Of a stretch of 54,844 nt of DNA, positions 26,648 through 36,674 are shown in pieces. The position numbers and the translations under genes were made by a program. This stretch comes from an uncultured bacterium (GTDB lineage Bacteria > CSSED10-310 > CAZUFC01): positions 1 through 54,844 of the forward strand of contig CAZUFC010000020.1 of the NCBI GenBank assembly GCA_964619725.1, read 5' to 3'. Numbering within the stretch: position 1 is the stretch's first letter; every line of letters starts with the position of its first letter. The notes under the pieces were generated by a model. That model saw only the letters and a program-made list of their open reading frames with translations, did not search any database and had not been told where the DNA came from.

Positions 26648-28564
26648 TCATTCTTCAACCTGTTCGCCGGCAGGCAGATATATCACGAAAAGCGGCCCCG
26701 CGCCAGGTTTGTTTTCTGCTTCGATCCGTCCGTTATGATTGACGATGATCTTCTGCACAATGGCCATGCCCAATCCCGTACCGCCCTCTTTTGTCGTAAA
26801 GAAAGGCTGAAATATTTTTTCCATTACTTTCTGACTTAACTCCGTGCCTGTATTGTGAAAACCGATTTCAGCCATAGGCGCGGCCTGCATCATGTTTTTC
26901 CTGATGTCGACGATAATATTTCCGCCTTCAGTCATTGCTTCGACGGCATTAGTGAACAGATTTACGAACACCTGCGTTAACTGACTGGTATCGCCTTCCA
27001 CCATAAGCCCTTTATTCCCGCGGACAGTAACGCCGATTTTACGGGATTCATCAAGCTTGCTTTTTTCGTTTCGGAGCGTTTCCTCAATAAATTCCCTGAT
27101 GTCTATCCTGTCCAGTCGCGGTTCAGCAGGCCTCACATAATTCAAAAAACTCTCCATGATATGATTCAGTTGCTGCGCATTATCCAGCAACTCTTTCGCA
27201 TAAGCGTGCATTTCATCATGAGGAGACATTTCCTTCTTGATCATCTGGGCATAACCCATAATGGTTGCGAGAGGATTACGGAATTCATGAGCGATCCCAG
27301 CCGCCATTTCGCCCAGCGCTTCGATCCTTTTCTTCTGCTGAATGCGGTTCATCATTTCTTTTTTGTCCGTCACATCCTGTATCAGGACGGTGACGCCGAT
27401 GAATCCTCCTTCCGCGTTTTTCAACGGCGAAGCGGTCAGCTCAAGATGATGCGCCGAACCGCCCGGATCAACGAAATACCATTCGGATTCAGCCCTGGGA
27501 TCGTCTTGCTCAAAACACCGGTTCACAAGTGTCATTATATGCGAATCCGATCCCAGTATCTGTTCGCCCGAATGTTCCAGGACATCCTCTTCGTTCAATT
27601 GGAACAGTTGCTGGGCATAAGTGTTGAAAGTAGTTATTCTGCCTTCCTTATCAAAAGTAATCACTCCGCAGTCAATGCATCTCAATATGTAGTCATTATA
27701 TAATTCGATGGCCCTTGCCCGGTCGTCTGCCGCGGCATAAAGCCCCTGCAGCTCCTTTTCTTTTTCCTTCAGGCTGTTGATGGACTCTTCGAACATATCC
27801 ACAACGAACTGGACGTCCGATTTATAACGGCTTCTCTTTATCCGGGTGGGGTAAGAATTCATGAAATCCGATGCCTTTTTAGATATGATGCGATAAGGCA
27901 ACAAGACATGCCTTATATATATGATGGAAAGTAATATCGTTAATATTATGCTGCCTGTTCGAAACCATCCCGCATATTTGCGGTAATTGTTCAATTGGAC
28001 CACTTCGGACGAAACCAGAGAACCCTCCACGACTACCGCTGTCTCATCGTTCTCAATTAATGGATAAAAAAAGGACTTTACCAGATATCCGTACGCGTTC
28101 TGATACCAGCCGGACCGATACGTTTCCTTCAACAACGCCTTTTCCATTCCTCTATCGATTATATCCTGCTGCTGATCGCTCAACGACAGGTCAGGACGCA
28201 CAAAAGGCGCCGTTACCCGGCCCTCCGTGTTCCTTACCCTTATCATTAAACCGGCAGCGTCCTTTTGCAGAGCGGATATCTCGTTGTTGATCTCCAGACG
28301 GCGCTCCTTGTCCAGATATGACCAGCCCATGAATCCGCGCCGGGCGGTCTTGTCAAGATACTGAGCGATAATTCGGGTCGTGGTCGTCAGTCGATATGCA
28401 TGACTTCTTTCGAGTCCTTCCAGCGTTAAATCCAGTAACGCAATGAATCCCTGATTAAGCAGGACTAAAAAGAGAACCATTAATACCACAAAAAAGCGGA
28501 CTTCCACTTCATAGCTGAATATCTCTCTTAGCTTACTCTTTTTCATCCCGCTTTCCTTATCCAT
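26648..28564 (-). CDS. Membrane PAS-domain sensor histidine kinase (NtrB/PilS-like)
   Basis: Two TM segments, PAS (GVITFDKEGRITTFN), H-box AGIAHEFRNPL, N-box QVFVNLFTNAVEA, FFTTKEGGTGLGM. Confidence 0.9.
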   Translation of the reverse strand: MDKESGMKKSKLREIFSYEVEVRFFVVLMVLFLVLLNQGFIALLDLTLEGLERSHAYRLTTTTRIIAQYLDKTARRGFMGWSYLDKERRLEINNEISALQKDAAGLMIRVRNTEGRVTAPFVRPDLSLSDQQQDIIDRGMEKALLKETYRSGWYQNAYGYLVKSFFYPLIENDETAVVVEGSLVSSEVVQLNNYRKYAGWFRTGSIILTILLSIIYIRHVLLPYRIISKKASDFMNSYPTRIKRSRYKSDVQFVVDMFEESINSLKEKEKELQGLYAAADDRARAIELYNDYILRCIDCGVITFDKEGRITTFNTYAQQLFQLNEEDVLEHSGEQILGSDSHIMTLVNRCFEQDDPRAESEWYFVDPGGSAHHLELTASPLKNAEGGFIGVTVLIQDVTDKKEMMNRIQQKKRIEALGEMAAGIAHEFRNPLATIMGYAQMIKKEMSPHDEMHAYAKELLDNAQQLNHIMESFLNYVRPAEPRLDRIDIREFIEETLRNEKSKLDESRKIGVTVRGNKGLMVEGDTSQLTQVFVNLFTNAVEAMTEGGNIIVDIRKNMMQAAPMAEIGFHNTGTELSQKVMEKIFQPFFTTKEGGTGLGMAIVQKIIVNHNGRIEAENKPGAGPLFVIYLPAGEQVEE

Positions 28565-28630
28565 AAAATGAGCCGAACGGAAAATCCAAACATTTCCATC
28601 CGGCTCATCTTTTCTTTATATTCTTTTGTA

Positions 28631-29236
28631 TCAACGCTCCCTCAGAGTTTCCTCCTCATAGGCATCCTGCTCCAGCATTATCTGCTCTTCGGGAACGCTC
28701 CAGGTCATCTGGGCGACCACAGTTATTTCCATCAACTGTCGCCTGGGATTCTGGATGTTCAGCATCACGCGACCATCACGATAATTCACCGTTCCCGGCT
28801 GATCCATGTAAATCAGCGCGTATCCTTCCGGTAAAATGATGCTGACGTCGTTGATGTTCGTTTTCCTCGTGAAAACCACATACGGGTCCGAATAATCAAA
28901 CGCCTCAGTATCATAGTACACCGCATCGAATTCTATCTCCACCGGCCGGTTACTCGCATCCACGTCGTCAATCTGAGCCGCCATCATGGGATGCGGATCA
29001 TATCTCACTTCCACAGGCAAATAACGTTCCGTATCAGTCAATCTCGCTGAATAATCGTAAAACTCCGTCAAATCTGAGGAACTCATCAAAACCGCCTCAC
29101 CTCTGTTCGCAGGCCGTACCTTCTGAAAAACCTGCACTCCAAAGGAATAAGGAGTATCGAACAGATCGTAATAAACTTCCGCAGCCCACACAGGGCAAGC
29201 AAAAACGATCAGAAATAAAACAACAGCTTTTTTCAT
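28631..29236 (-). CDS. Secreted hypothetical protein
   Basis: GGAGG RBS before ATG at 29236; signal peptide MKKAVVLFLIVFACPVWA. Confidence 0.75.
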   Translation of the reverse strand: MKKAVVLFLIVFACPVWAAEVYYDLFDTPYSFGVQVFQKVRPANRGEAVLMSSSDLTEFYDYSARLTDTERYLPVEVRYDPHPMMAAQIDDVDASNRPVEIEFDAVYYDTEAFDYSDPYVVFTRKTNINDVSIILPEGYALIYMDQPGTVNYRDGRVMLNIQNPRRQLMEITVVAQMTWSVPEEQIMLEQDAYEEETLRER

Positions 29237-29396
29237 GATTTTGCACCTCCTTTTTGCAATTAACAATTGCCTCGCATCTTTTCGCTTTTTTAATCATAAA
29301 TCCAATTCGACATTTTGTAAACCCCCATTCACTGTTCTCCATCCATAAAAATCTTTTTTATCCGGCTGTGTCCCTCACCAGAAAAAAACGGTAAAC

Positions 29397-29425
29397 TTGA
29401 CACAATCTCTGACTTGATTTACCTT
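29397..29425 (+). promoter_or_regulatory. Sigma70 promoter for ctpA-like/yibQ-like genes
   Basis: TTGACA-17 nt-TACCTT. Confidence 0.55.
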
Positions 29426-29558
29426 GAGACACGCAAACCGGCGCCGAACCGGAGTTCCTGCTTATTTTTTCATTTCAGAGAATGGGTATGATTAAAATGC
29501 AATATGAAATATTGATGATGTTCGCCGTGACGGCGCAGCACATTTCAGGGAGAACTTT

Positions 29559-30851
29559 ATGAAAAGAGGTAAAACAATAAAGAAACTACTTCTGATCTTT
29601 TTAATGGGATGGCTTTCGGCGGTTCCGGCCCTGGGAGAAGATCAGCGCCGATTTGAGACCAGGGAAGAATCGCCCGAAGACGCCGTTTATGAAAGTTTTG
29701 AAATTTTCACACAGGTCTTTAAGCTTGTAAAGGACAGTTACGTAGAACCGGTGAACACGGATATACTGTCCGAGGGAGCTGTCAAAGGCATGCTGCTGAA
29801 GGCCGACAAATACGGCATATATTTCGGTCCAAACGAAATGATTGATGTGGAATGGTCTCGCACCGGCTCCGGTTCAGGGATCATCGTAGGCATAAGAAAA
29901 GGAACGGACCCGACAGTCATAGACGTTATGGAGAATTCGCCGGCGGCGGAACACGAAATTCGTCCCGGCGACATCATTTGGTCCATCAACGACACTTTCA
30001 CCGGATATATGACTATAAAGGAAATCCATGAAGCCGCCAATCCTCCCGAAGGTCAGGGAGTCCAGCTTCGTTTCTGGCGAGGGACAGCGCCGGAACCTGA
30101 AACAGAAATCGAGGAACCCGGAGAAGAGGTGATCGAGCGTATCGCTGAAGAAGGAAAACGCATTGACCTGGACATCGTATCAAAGAAACTCGATATTCCT
30201 CCCGTTTTTCAGCCTGTTCTGCTTCAGGAAAACATTGCGTACATAAAGATACCTTCTGTAATCAACGAACGGGTTATCGATAAAATTCTTCAAACTTTGT
30301 CCGCCGGCGAATTCATAAGTACACGAGGCTGGATAATCGATCTTCGGAATAATTGTTGCGGTTTTGAGAGGGACGGAACGACTGCAGCCGATATATTTCT
30401 TAAATCCGAGACAAAAATGTGCACCATACAAAACGGCGAAGGCGAAATAATCTTTGAACTGACGGCAGGCGACCGGAATAAACTGAAAAAAACGCCGTTG
30501 GTTCTTCTGGTGAATGAATCCACCGCAGGCCCGGCTGAAATCATGGCGGCGGCGCTCCAGGCGCATGACAGGGCGCGCATCATCGGCAGAAAGTCTTTCG
30601 GCAAAGGCATTCACCAGGAAAACTTCACATTGAGCAACGGAGGAGAAATTCTTCTGACGGTCGGCTATTACGTGGTCGGCGATACCCGCATCCAGGACCA
30701 TGGGGTAATTCCTGACCTGGTCGTTCAAGATAAGGTTCCGACGCCCGAAGAAGGTGCGGAAAAGCCTGCCGCAGAGGGCGAAGCGTCTCTCCCGACGCGG
30801 GACGTTATGGTGCAAAAAGCTGTTGAATATCTTACAACGCATAAGGAATAA
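29559..30851 (+). CDS. S41 (CtpA/Prc-like) PDZ peptidase homologue with the catalytic Ser replaced
   Basis: Signal peptide, PDZ (SPAAEHEIRPGD.I..IN), IIDLRNN, LVNESTAGPAEI, SFGKG, GVIPD. Confidence 0.85.
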   Translation: MKRGKTIKKLLLIFLMGWLSAVPALGEDQRRFETREESPEDAVYESFEIFTQVFKLVKDSYVEPVNTDILSEGAVKGMLLKADKYGIYFGPNEMIDVEWSRTGSGSGIIVGIRKGTDPTVIDVMENSPAAEHEIRPGDIIWSINDTFTGYMTIKEIHEAANPPEGQGVQLRFWRGTAPEPETEIEEPGEEVIERIAEEGKRIDLDIVSKKLDIPPVFQPVLLQENIAYIKIPSVINERVIDKILQTLSAGEFISTRGWIIDLRNNCCGFERDGTTAADIFLKSETKMCTIQNGEGEIIFELTAGDRNKLKKTPLVLLVNESTAGPAEIMAAALQAHDRARIIGRKSFGKGIHQENFTLSNGGEILLTVGYYVVGDTRIQDHGVIPDLVVQDKVPTPEEGAEKPAAEGEASLPTRDVMVQKAVEYLTTHKE

Positions 30852-32107
30852 TGGCTGCACGAAAATCAAAAAGCTCCGCCAGAAAAGGTAAAAAAAGCAA
30901 ACGGCTGCGCATTAGGTGGATCATTACTCCTCTTTTCCTGTTCTTCCTGGCCCTCGTATCAGCCTTCATTTATTTGATAGGCGCAGGCAGACTGCCCAAT
31001 TACCTGGGACTGCCCATACCAGCCTCACCCGATGATGCTGAAGTCCTCATACATCACTGCTTTTTTAATAACGGCATTTCTTCGGCTGATGTAATTTCTG
31101 AAAAAAAAAGATTCATAAGCGGCAAACTGCTCATTGAGATACAAATAAGCATTCCAGGGGATGCTTCGGAAAACCGCCTGGTGCAAAAACTCAGAACAGC
31201 TTTTAAAACCTGCGGATTAAAGATTTATGACGATTTAAAGAAAAATGCTGCGGGAAAGGCGGCAGCCTGCATAGTCGCCGGAACGTCTGAACGGCCCACG
31301 CATATAATAAAACTTGTTTCATCCCACGCCTCGGCAAAACGCTCCGACTCCTCCGGAAAAAAACACCGACCTTACTCCAACATGTCATCGCCCCGATCAA
31401 AAAAAAAAGCTGATACCTCCAAATTATCTACTTCCTCCCATTCCCAACCCAGAATCGCCCTCATCATAGACGACGTAGGTTCCGCTTTAAAAACCGCCCG
31501 GGATTTCCTCAGCCTGGACATCCCCATAACGCTTGCCGTACTTCCTCATCTTAAGTTTTCAAGAAGCGCAGCCATTTCCGCTCATGAGGCGGGCCAGGGC
31601 ATCATGCTTCACCTGCCGATGGAACCAAGAGACTATCCCAGGATAGACCCCGGACCGGGAAAGCTTCTCGTTGCCATGAGCCCTCCTGAATTGAAACGGG
31701 CATTCAATACTGACTTTGAGAGCGTCCCATACGTTCAAGGCGTAAATAATCACATGGGTTCGCGCTTCACTTCCGATCCCGAAGCCCTGAAGCCTGTTCT
31801 GGAAGAAATCAGAAAAAGAAACCTGTTTTTCGTCGACAGCAGAACCAGCGGAGATTCCGTCGCTTTCGACGAAGCAAAAAAAATGGGTATTAAAACAATA
31901 AAAAGGGACGTATTCCTGGATAACGATTCCGCCTTCAACAGCATTGCGGACATGATGCATGCGCTTCAAAATAAAGCAAAAGCAGCCGGAGCAGCCGTCG
32001 GTATCGCTCATGCTCGATCCTCTTCTTTTTCCGCTTTGAAAAGACTCGTTCCGCAATCCGAAAAGAACGGCTTCAGATTCGTTCATATTTCTCAACTAGT
32101 CGATTGA
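30851..32107 (+). CDS. Divergent polysaccharide deacetylase (YibQ family), membrane anchored
   Basis: IALIIDDVG, MLHLPMEP, GVNNHMGSRFT, FVDSRT, RDVFLDN, VGIAH. Confidence 0.9.
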   Translation: MAARKSKSSARKGKKSKRLRIRWIITPLFLFFLALVSAFIYLIGAGRLPNYLGLPIPASPDDAEVLIHHCFFNNGISSADVISEKKRFISGKLLIEIQISIPGDASENRLVQKLRTAFKTCGLKIYDDLKKNAAGKAAACIVAGTSERPTHIIKLVSSHASAKRSDSSGKKHRPYSNMSSPRSKKKADTSKLSTSSHSQPRIALIIDDVGSALKTARDFLSLDIPITLAVLPHLKFSRSAAISAHEAGQGIMLHLPMEPRDYPRIDPGPGKLLVAMSPPELKRAFNTDFESVPYVQGVNNHMGSRFTSDPEALKPVLEEIRKRNLFFVDSRTSGDSVAFDEAKKMGIKTIKRDVFLDNDSAFNSIADMMHALQNKAKAAGAAVGIAHARSSSFSALKRLVPQSEKNGFRFVHISQLVD

Positions 32108-32131
32108 CAATCACTGAATATTCACTATGCT
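32104..32131 (+). promoter_or_regulatory. Sigma70 promoter overlapping the yibQ-like stop codon
   Basis: TTGACA-16 nt-TATGCT; implies the UbiB-family gene starts at ATG 32172 rather than 32127. Confidence 0.5.
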
Positions 32132-32171
32132 TGAAGATAGTCGAGGACCGACGAAACAAAAGGCGCGGAAA

Positions 32172-33869
32172 ATGCCCCGGAGTATATTCGGAATTACAAA
32201 AACATATAAAAACCTTAAAAGACTCAGAACAATCGTCAACGTGCTTCTGAAACACGGCTTCGGTCAACTCGTCGAACAGCTCAATCTGCAGAATGCCGTG
32301 GGATTCGGAAGAATGATCGTTAAATTCGGAAGATACCAGGAATCAGTGCGACCCCAGTATTCCGCTCCCGAACGCCTGAGGATGGTCATGGAAGAACTGG
32401 GTCCCTGTTTCGTGAAATTCGGTCAGGTCCTCTCCACCCGTCCCGATATCATACCGCGGGAATTCATCGCTGAATTTAAAAAATTGCAGGACGACGTTCC
32501 TCCCTTCCCCTTCGAAGAAGTCAAAGAAAAAGTAGAAAAAGAACTCGACGGTCCGCTCGAATCCCTCTTTTCAAAATTCAATCAGTTCCCCTTCGCCTCC
32601 GCTTCTATCGCTCAAGTTCATGAAGCCGCTCTTCAGGACGGTTCCCCCGTCGTGATCAAAGTTCAAAGGCCGGGCATTGTGGACCTGGTGAACACGGATT
32701 CGGCCATCCTTTATAATCTGGCGGAATTAATGGAAAAATATATAGAGGAAAGCCGGCTGTACCAGCCCACCGCCATCGTTGAGGAGTTCGCCGAATCTAT
32801 CAAAAAAGAGATGAATTTCACCCTTGAAGCCAGAAATACAGATAGATTCGCTCATATTTTTCAAGATAACCCGGATGTTAAAATTCCTCACGTCTACTGG
32901 GACCTTTCAGGCGCTCATATCCTCACCCTTGAACGTCTTGACGGCATTCCGCTTGACGACGTCGATACCATCGTCGAAAAAGGTCATGACCCCAAAGTCA
33001 TTGCAGAAAAAGGCGGTACGATATTTCTTCGAATGGTGCTGGAACACGGCTTCTTTCATGCCGACCCCCATCCCGGCAATTTCCTCCTGGCCGACGGCGG
33101 CGTCATTGCCATGCTCGATTTCGGTCTCGTAGGAAGATTGGAACCCGAACAGAAAGAAAATCTGGCCAACTTGCTTATTGCCCTCATTACACAGGACTAT
33201 GACGCTATGGTCCAGCAACTAATCGCTCTCGACTTTAAAATAGAAGAAGATTTGCAAAAACAATTTAAAACTGAACTCAGAGACCTTATCGAACCCTATT
33301 ACGGTCGCGAATTGAAAAATATCTCCATGAGCGCCGTCGTCACCAGAATCGTCGACATCACCTTTAACCTGCGTATCAGAGTCCCTCCTTCTTTTCTGCT
33401 GCTTACTCGCTCCATCGTCATCCTGGAAGGCGTCGGCCGAACACTCGATCCCGAAATGGACCTCGTCGCTCTCGGAGCCCCCATGGCTACTGAAATTATC
33501 CAGAAAAGAATGCATCCTAAAAGAATCATGATGGAGATGTACAAAAATATCTCCGAGATCAACATCTATGCCAAAAATTTCCCTAAACAGGCGGCACAGG
33601 TCCTCGATAAACTTAAAAACGATGACCTGAAAATCAACTTCTTTCACTCAGGCCTGGAAAATTTGCTCAGAGAATTAGATCGACTGGGCAACCGCGTCTC
33701 CCTCAGCCTCATCATCGCCTCTCTCGTCATAGGCTCTTCCCTCATTATCATCTCCGATAAAGGCCCCACGCTCCTCGGCTACCCCGCATTCGGCATCATC
33801 GGATACAGCCTCGCCGGCATCATCGGTATCTGGCTCCTCGTCTCCATCCTCAGGTCTGGCCGGTTCTGA
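32172..33869 (+). CDS. AarF/ABC1/UbiB family kinase
   Basis: LGPCFVKFGQVLSTRPD, ASASIAQVH, VIKVQRP, FFHADPHPGN, DFGLVG; two C-terminal TM helices. Confidence 0.9.
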   Translation: MPRSIFGITKTYKNLKRLRTIVNVLLKHGFGQLVEQLNLQNAVGFGRMIVKFGRYQESVRPQYSAPERLRMVMEELGPCFVKFGQVLSTRPDIIPREFIAEFKKLQDDVPPFPFEEVKEKVEKELDGPLESLFSKFNQFPFASASIAQVHEAALQDGSPVVIKVQRPGIVDLVNTDSAILYNLAELMEKYIEESRLYQPTAIVEEFAESIKKEMNFTLEARNTDRFAHIFQDNPDVKIPHVYWDLSGAHILTLERLDGIPLDDVDTIVEKGHDPKVIAEKGGTIFLRMVLEHGFFHADPHPGNFLLADGGVIAMLDFGLVGRLEPEQKENLANLLIALITQDYDAMVQQLIALDFKIEEDLQKQFKTELRDLIEPYYGRELKNISMSAVVTRIVDITFNLRIRVPPSFLLLTRSIVILEGVGRTLDPEMDLVALGAPMATEIIQKRMHPKRIMMEMYKNISEINIYAKNFPKQAAQVLDKLKNDDLKINFFHSGLENLLRELDRLGNRVSLSLIIASLVIGSSLIIISDKGPTLLGYPAFGIIGYSLAGIIGIWLLVSILRSGRF

Positions 33870-33947
33870 TACCTCCTCTATCAACGAACGCTCATCAAAA
33901 CCTTGTTTTACCATACCTGGAACACTATCCCCCGCTCAACATCATAT

Positions 33948-33975
33948 TTGACTTTCACTTTTTTTTTCGTTTAAT
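33948..33975 (+). promoter_or_regulatory. Putative sigma70 promoter of the 36-aa ORF
   Basis: TTGACT-16 nt-TTTAAT, ~40 nt before the ATG at 34015. Confidence 0.5.
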
Positions 33976-34014
33976 GGTTATGAAAATCGTTTCCTCACTC
34001 CCGGAGGTCACTTC

Positions 34015-34125
34015 ATGAGTTTCTCACAGATTGTCAGCCGCACATGGTTTTACATTCTCCTTCCTTTTCTGCTTATTCCGCTTCTCACCACACTTCTCGG
34101 ACTGCCCGCCAGTCCCGTCTTCTGA
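34015..34125 (+). CDS. Unannotated 36-aa single-TM small protein
   Basis: GGAGGT RBS 6 nt before the ATG; MSFSQIVSRTWFYILLPFLLIPLLTTLLGLPASPVF*. Confidence 0.55.
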   Translation: MSFSQIVSRTWFYILLPFLLIPLLTTLLGLPASPVF

Positions 34126-34225
34126 TCGTCTCTTAACCTCAATATTTTTTTGTTCAGGTTAAAATCCTGCGCTGTCGTTATGCCGTAAGTTTTCGGGACT
34201 GATCAGATACAGGTTAAATTTTTTA

Positions 34226-34368
34226 GGACTGATCAATTCGAGGTTACGCTACTTTCAAAACTTCTGACAGTTTGTTTTAGTAATCGGAGTCGGTATCGGG
34301 ATCGAAATCGAAACGAAATGATGGGGTATTCTCTCGAATTGTAACCGCAAAAGAGGTATTTTTGATCA
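34226..34368 (+). repeat. Dispersed intergenic repeat, family A, full copy 2
   Basis: Aligns with the reverse complement of 256-414; a duplicate of its left end lies at 34196-34216. Confidence 0.85.
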
Positions 34369-34656
34369 TCACCCACTTTTTTATATTAACAAAAGGTGAT
34401 CTCAGACGTTTCTGATTCAACCTTGTTCATTATGTGAGTTTCACAGCTTCTGTGTCCAATCTCTGAGCAAAATTTTTTTTATCAATAGATTCAATTTGTT
34501 AAGGCGATCTGGCGTTTTCAAGCGAAAATTTTCGTACCGAAAATGAACATGTTCGAAAATGATGCAATTTCGGGAAAGCCGGCAAAAAACGCAAGAGACG
34601 TTATAATGTATTGAGAAGTGGAGGTTTGTGGAGAGAGGAGCAAAAAAAAGCGAAGC

Positions 34657-34672
34657 CGGCACAAAAGTTGGA
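34657..34672 (+). promoter_or_regulatory. Possible sigma54 promoter of the pilin gene
   Basis: CGGCACA-AAAG-TTGGA (GG instead of GC at -12); three CGAAAAT repeats at 34523, 34538 and 34554 upstream. Confidence 0.4.
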
Positions 34673-34747
34673 TAAGAAGAAACGGAGTGAGTTGAACTCA
34701 TGCAAAGTGATCTTTAAACATAAACAGCCACACCCAAGGAGGGGATC

Positions 34748-35140
34748 ATGGGACAGCAACAACTTCTTTTAGTCGTATTAAGCGTCATCGTCGTAGGCAT
34801 GGCCATAGTAGTAGGGATCAACATGTTCAACGAAGGCGCTGAGGCGGCAAACATCGATTCGGTGACGAACGATGTGGTAAACATGGCGTCGAAGGCGCAA
34901 CAGTATTACATGAAGCCGACGGCGATGGGCGGCGGCGGCCGTGCATTCACGGGGCTGGCGATTGCTGACCTCGGTTCAGCGAGCAATGCGAACGGAGATT
35001 CATTCGCAGTAGTTGTGGACAATGCGAATCAGGTAACGATCACGGGTACTTGCGCCCAGGCGGAAGATGCTGACGGCAATGCGGTAACGGTAGTTGCGGT
35101 GGTATCGCCGACGACGATAACGACCACTGTCAACAACTAG
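34748..35140 (+). CDS. Non-canonical type IV pilin-like protein (MGQQQLLL type), likely the major pilin
   Basis: 130 aa with a hydrophobic N-terminal helix and small globular domain; strong AAGGAGG RBS; first gene of the T4P cluster, followed by a stem-loop. Confidence 0.75.
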   Translation: MGQQQLLLVVLSVIVVGMAIVVGINMFNEGAEAANIDSVTNDVVNMASKAQQYYMKPTAMGGGGRAFTGLAIADLGSASNANGDSFAVVVDNANQVTITGTCAQAEDADGNAVTVVAVVSPTTITTTVNN

Positions 35141-35189
35141 CAGTCAAGGGGCGAATCAGAACAATAAGGGTTGACGAAAAAGTCAAGAG

Positions 35190-35217
35190 GGCGAGGGGCC
35201 GCCGGCGGCCCTTCGCC
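35190..35217 (+). terminator. GC-rich stem-loop after the pilin (partial terminator or mRNA stabiliser)
   Basis: GGCGAGGGGCCG-CCGG-CGGCCCTTCGCC with a weak U-tract; TTGAC-GAAAAA-GTCAA palindrome just upstream (35171-35186). Confidence 0.6.
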
Positions 35218-35314
35218 ATATTTGCGTATCGGTTAAAATTTCATATCAGTGTCAGGTGGGGAATTTTTTGGGGAAATCAAACATAAGCCAGAGCAATGAG
35301 GGGGGCGATATTTC

Positions 35315-36661
35315 ATGCCGGAATATCGATATACGGGAATCAGTCCGAGCCGGCAATCGATACAGGGAGTAATCAAGGCGAAGAATCGGCGGGAAGCGGA
35401 CGAGCGGATAAAGGAAGCGGCTTGGAAGAGGAGAATCCAGGTAACGAAGGTACAGCCGAAGAGGACTTATGTATATCGGGTGCGCAAATCTGGTGAGGCT
35501 GTAATCAAGGGGGAAATGGAGGCTTTTTCTTCGGATGAGATTGCATCTGCCTTTTCCCGAATGGGATACAAGATACTGGGGATAAGGAAGAGGTTATTCA
35601 ATTACCGTGTTCCCCCGCCAGTGAAGGACGTAGTGCTGTTTATCCGTTTGAGCGCTGATTTAATCCGTGAAAAGTATCCCTATGACGAGGCGCTTCAGCT
35701 ATTAGCGAATGACGTGTCTCACAAGAATTTACAGAAGGCGATCCGTGAAATCTGCAAGGATTTGAAGGACGGCAAGGAGGGCAAGGAAGTTTTCGCCAGG
35801 CAGGAGAAGATGCTGGGACATTTTCCTGCCTATATGTTGGGAGTGGCGTCTCAAAGCGGCAACATGGCTGAGATATATGAATCGACGGCGAAATTTATGG
35901 AGAGGATACAGGATTTCAAGAAGTCGTTACGGAGTGCGCTGATAATGCCGAGCGTGACGCTTTTTTTTCTTTTTTTAACGGTGCTGTTTTACATCGGATA
36001 TATATTTCCGAAGACCGCAGAGATGTTCGTGAGGTATAATATTCCTTTACCTCCGATGACGTCCGCGGCGCTGGATTTAAGTCGCTTTTTAAAAGAGTAT
36101 GCACTGATTCTCGTCGGGACGGTTTTGATTCTGGGGATTGCAGCGTGGAGATTTTTCTCTTCGGAAAAAGGCAAGCTCTGGCTTGATTCGAAGCTGATAA
36201 GGTTGCCTGTTTTGGGCGATCTGTTTCACAAGACGAGCATAGAGATATTCTGCAGGGTTTTTTATTCTCTGTACAGCGGTTCTGCAGACAACATAGAAGT
36301 TATTCAGGTTGCGGCTGAAGCCTGCCGCAACAAGCATATCATGAAAAGGATCAAGGACGTCAGCATACCGTTGATGCTGAAAGAGGGAAAGGGGTTGATA
36401 GAATCGCTCAAAGCGTCCGGCGTGTTCACGGAGAATGCCTTGACGAGGCTGAAGTCGGGAGCGGAAACCGGGACGTTGAAAACGGCAGCTCTTCAGGTTG
36501 CGAATTTTTACGAGAAGGAGACGAAGTACAAGTTAAAAGCAGCGGTAGATTGGATACAGGTGCTTGTGGCAGTGGTTATAGCTTTAGTTCTGATCATAAT
36601 AACCGTCGTATCATCTGAAACGGCCATTGTGAGACCCAAAATACCCGGAATGACGATGTGA
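35315..36661 (+). CDS. pilC: Type IV pilus platform protein (PilC/GspF family)
   Basis: MPEYRY.G N-terminus, two GspF repeats (SGNMAEIY, GAETGTLK), LPPMT, RLPVLG; 3 TM helices. Confidence 0.88.
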   Translation: MPEYRYTGISPSRQSIQGVIKAKNRREADERIKEAAWKRRIQVTKVQPKRTYVYRVRKSGEAVIKGEMEAFSSDEIASAFSRMGYKILGIRKRLFNYRVPPPVKDVVLFIRLSADLIREKYPYDEALQLLANDVSHKNLQKAIREICKDLKDGKEGKEVFARQEKMLGHFPAYMLGVASQSGNMAEIYESTAKFMERIQDFKKSLRSALIMPSVTLFFLFLTVLFYIGYIFPKTAEMFVRYNIPLPPMTSAALDLSRFLKEYALILVGTVLILGIAAWRFFSSEKGKLWLDSKLIRLPVLGDLFHKTSIEIFCRVFYSLYSGSADNIEVIQVAAEACRNKHIMKRIKDVSIPLMLKEGKGLIESLKASGVFTENALTRLKSGAETGTLKTAALQVANFYEKETKYKLKAAVDWIQVLVAVVIALVLIIITVVSSETAIVRPKIPGMTM

Positions 36662-36674
36662 TTTCGACGAACCG

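Noticed and set aside
30180-33914. Long minus-strand ORFs (30180-30869, 31559-32095, 33219-33647, 33675-33914)
   Set aside because: They lie antisense to well-supported genes, lack motifs, and are explained by codon bias
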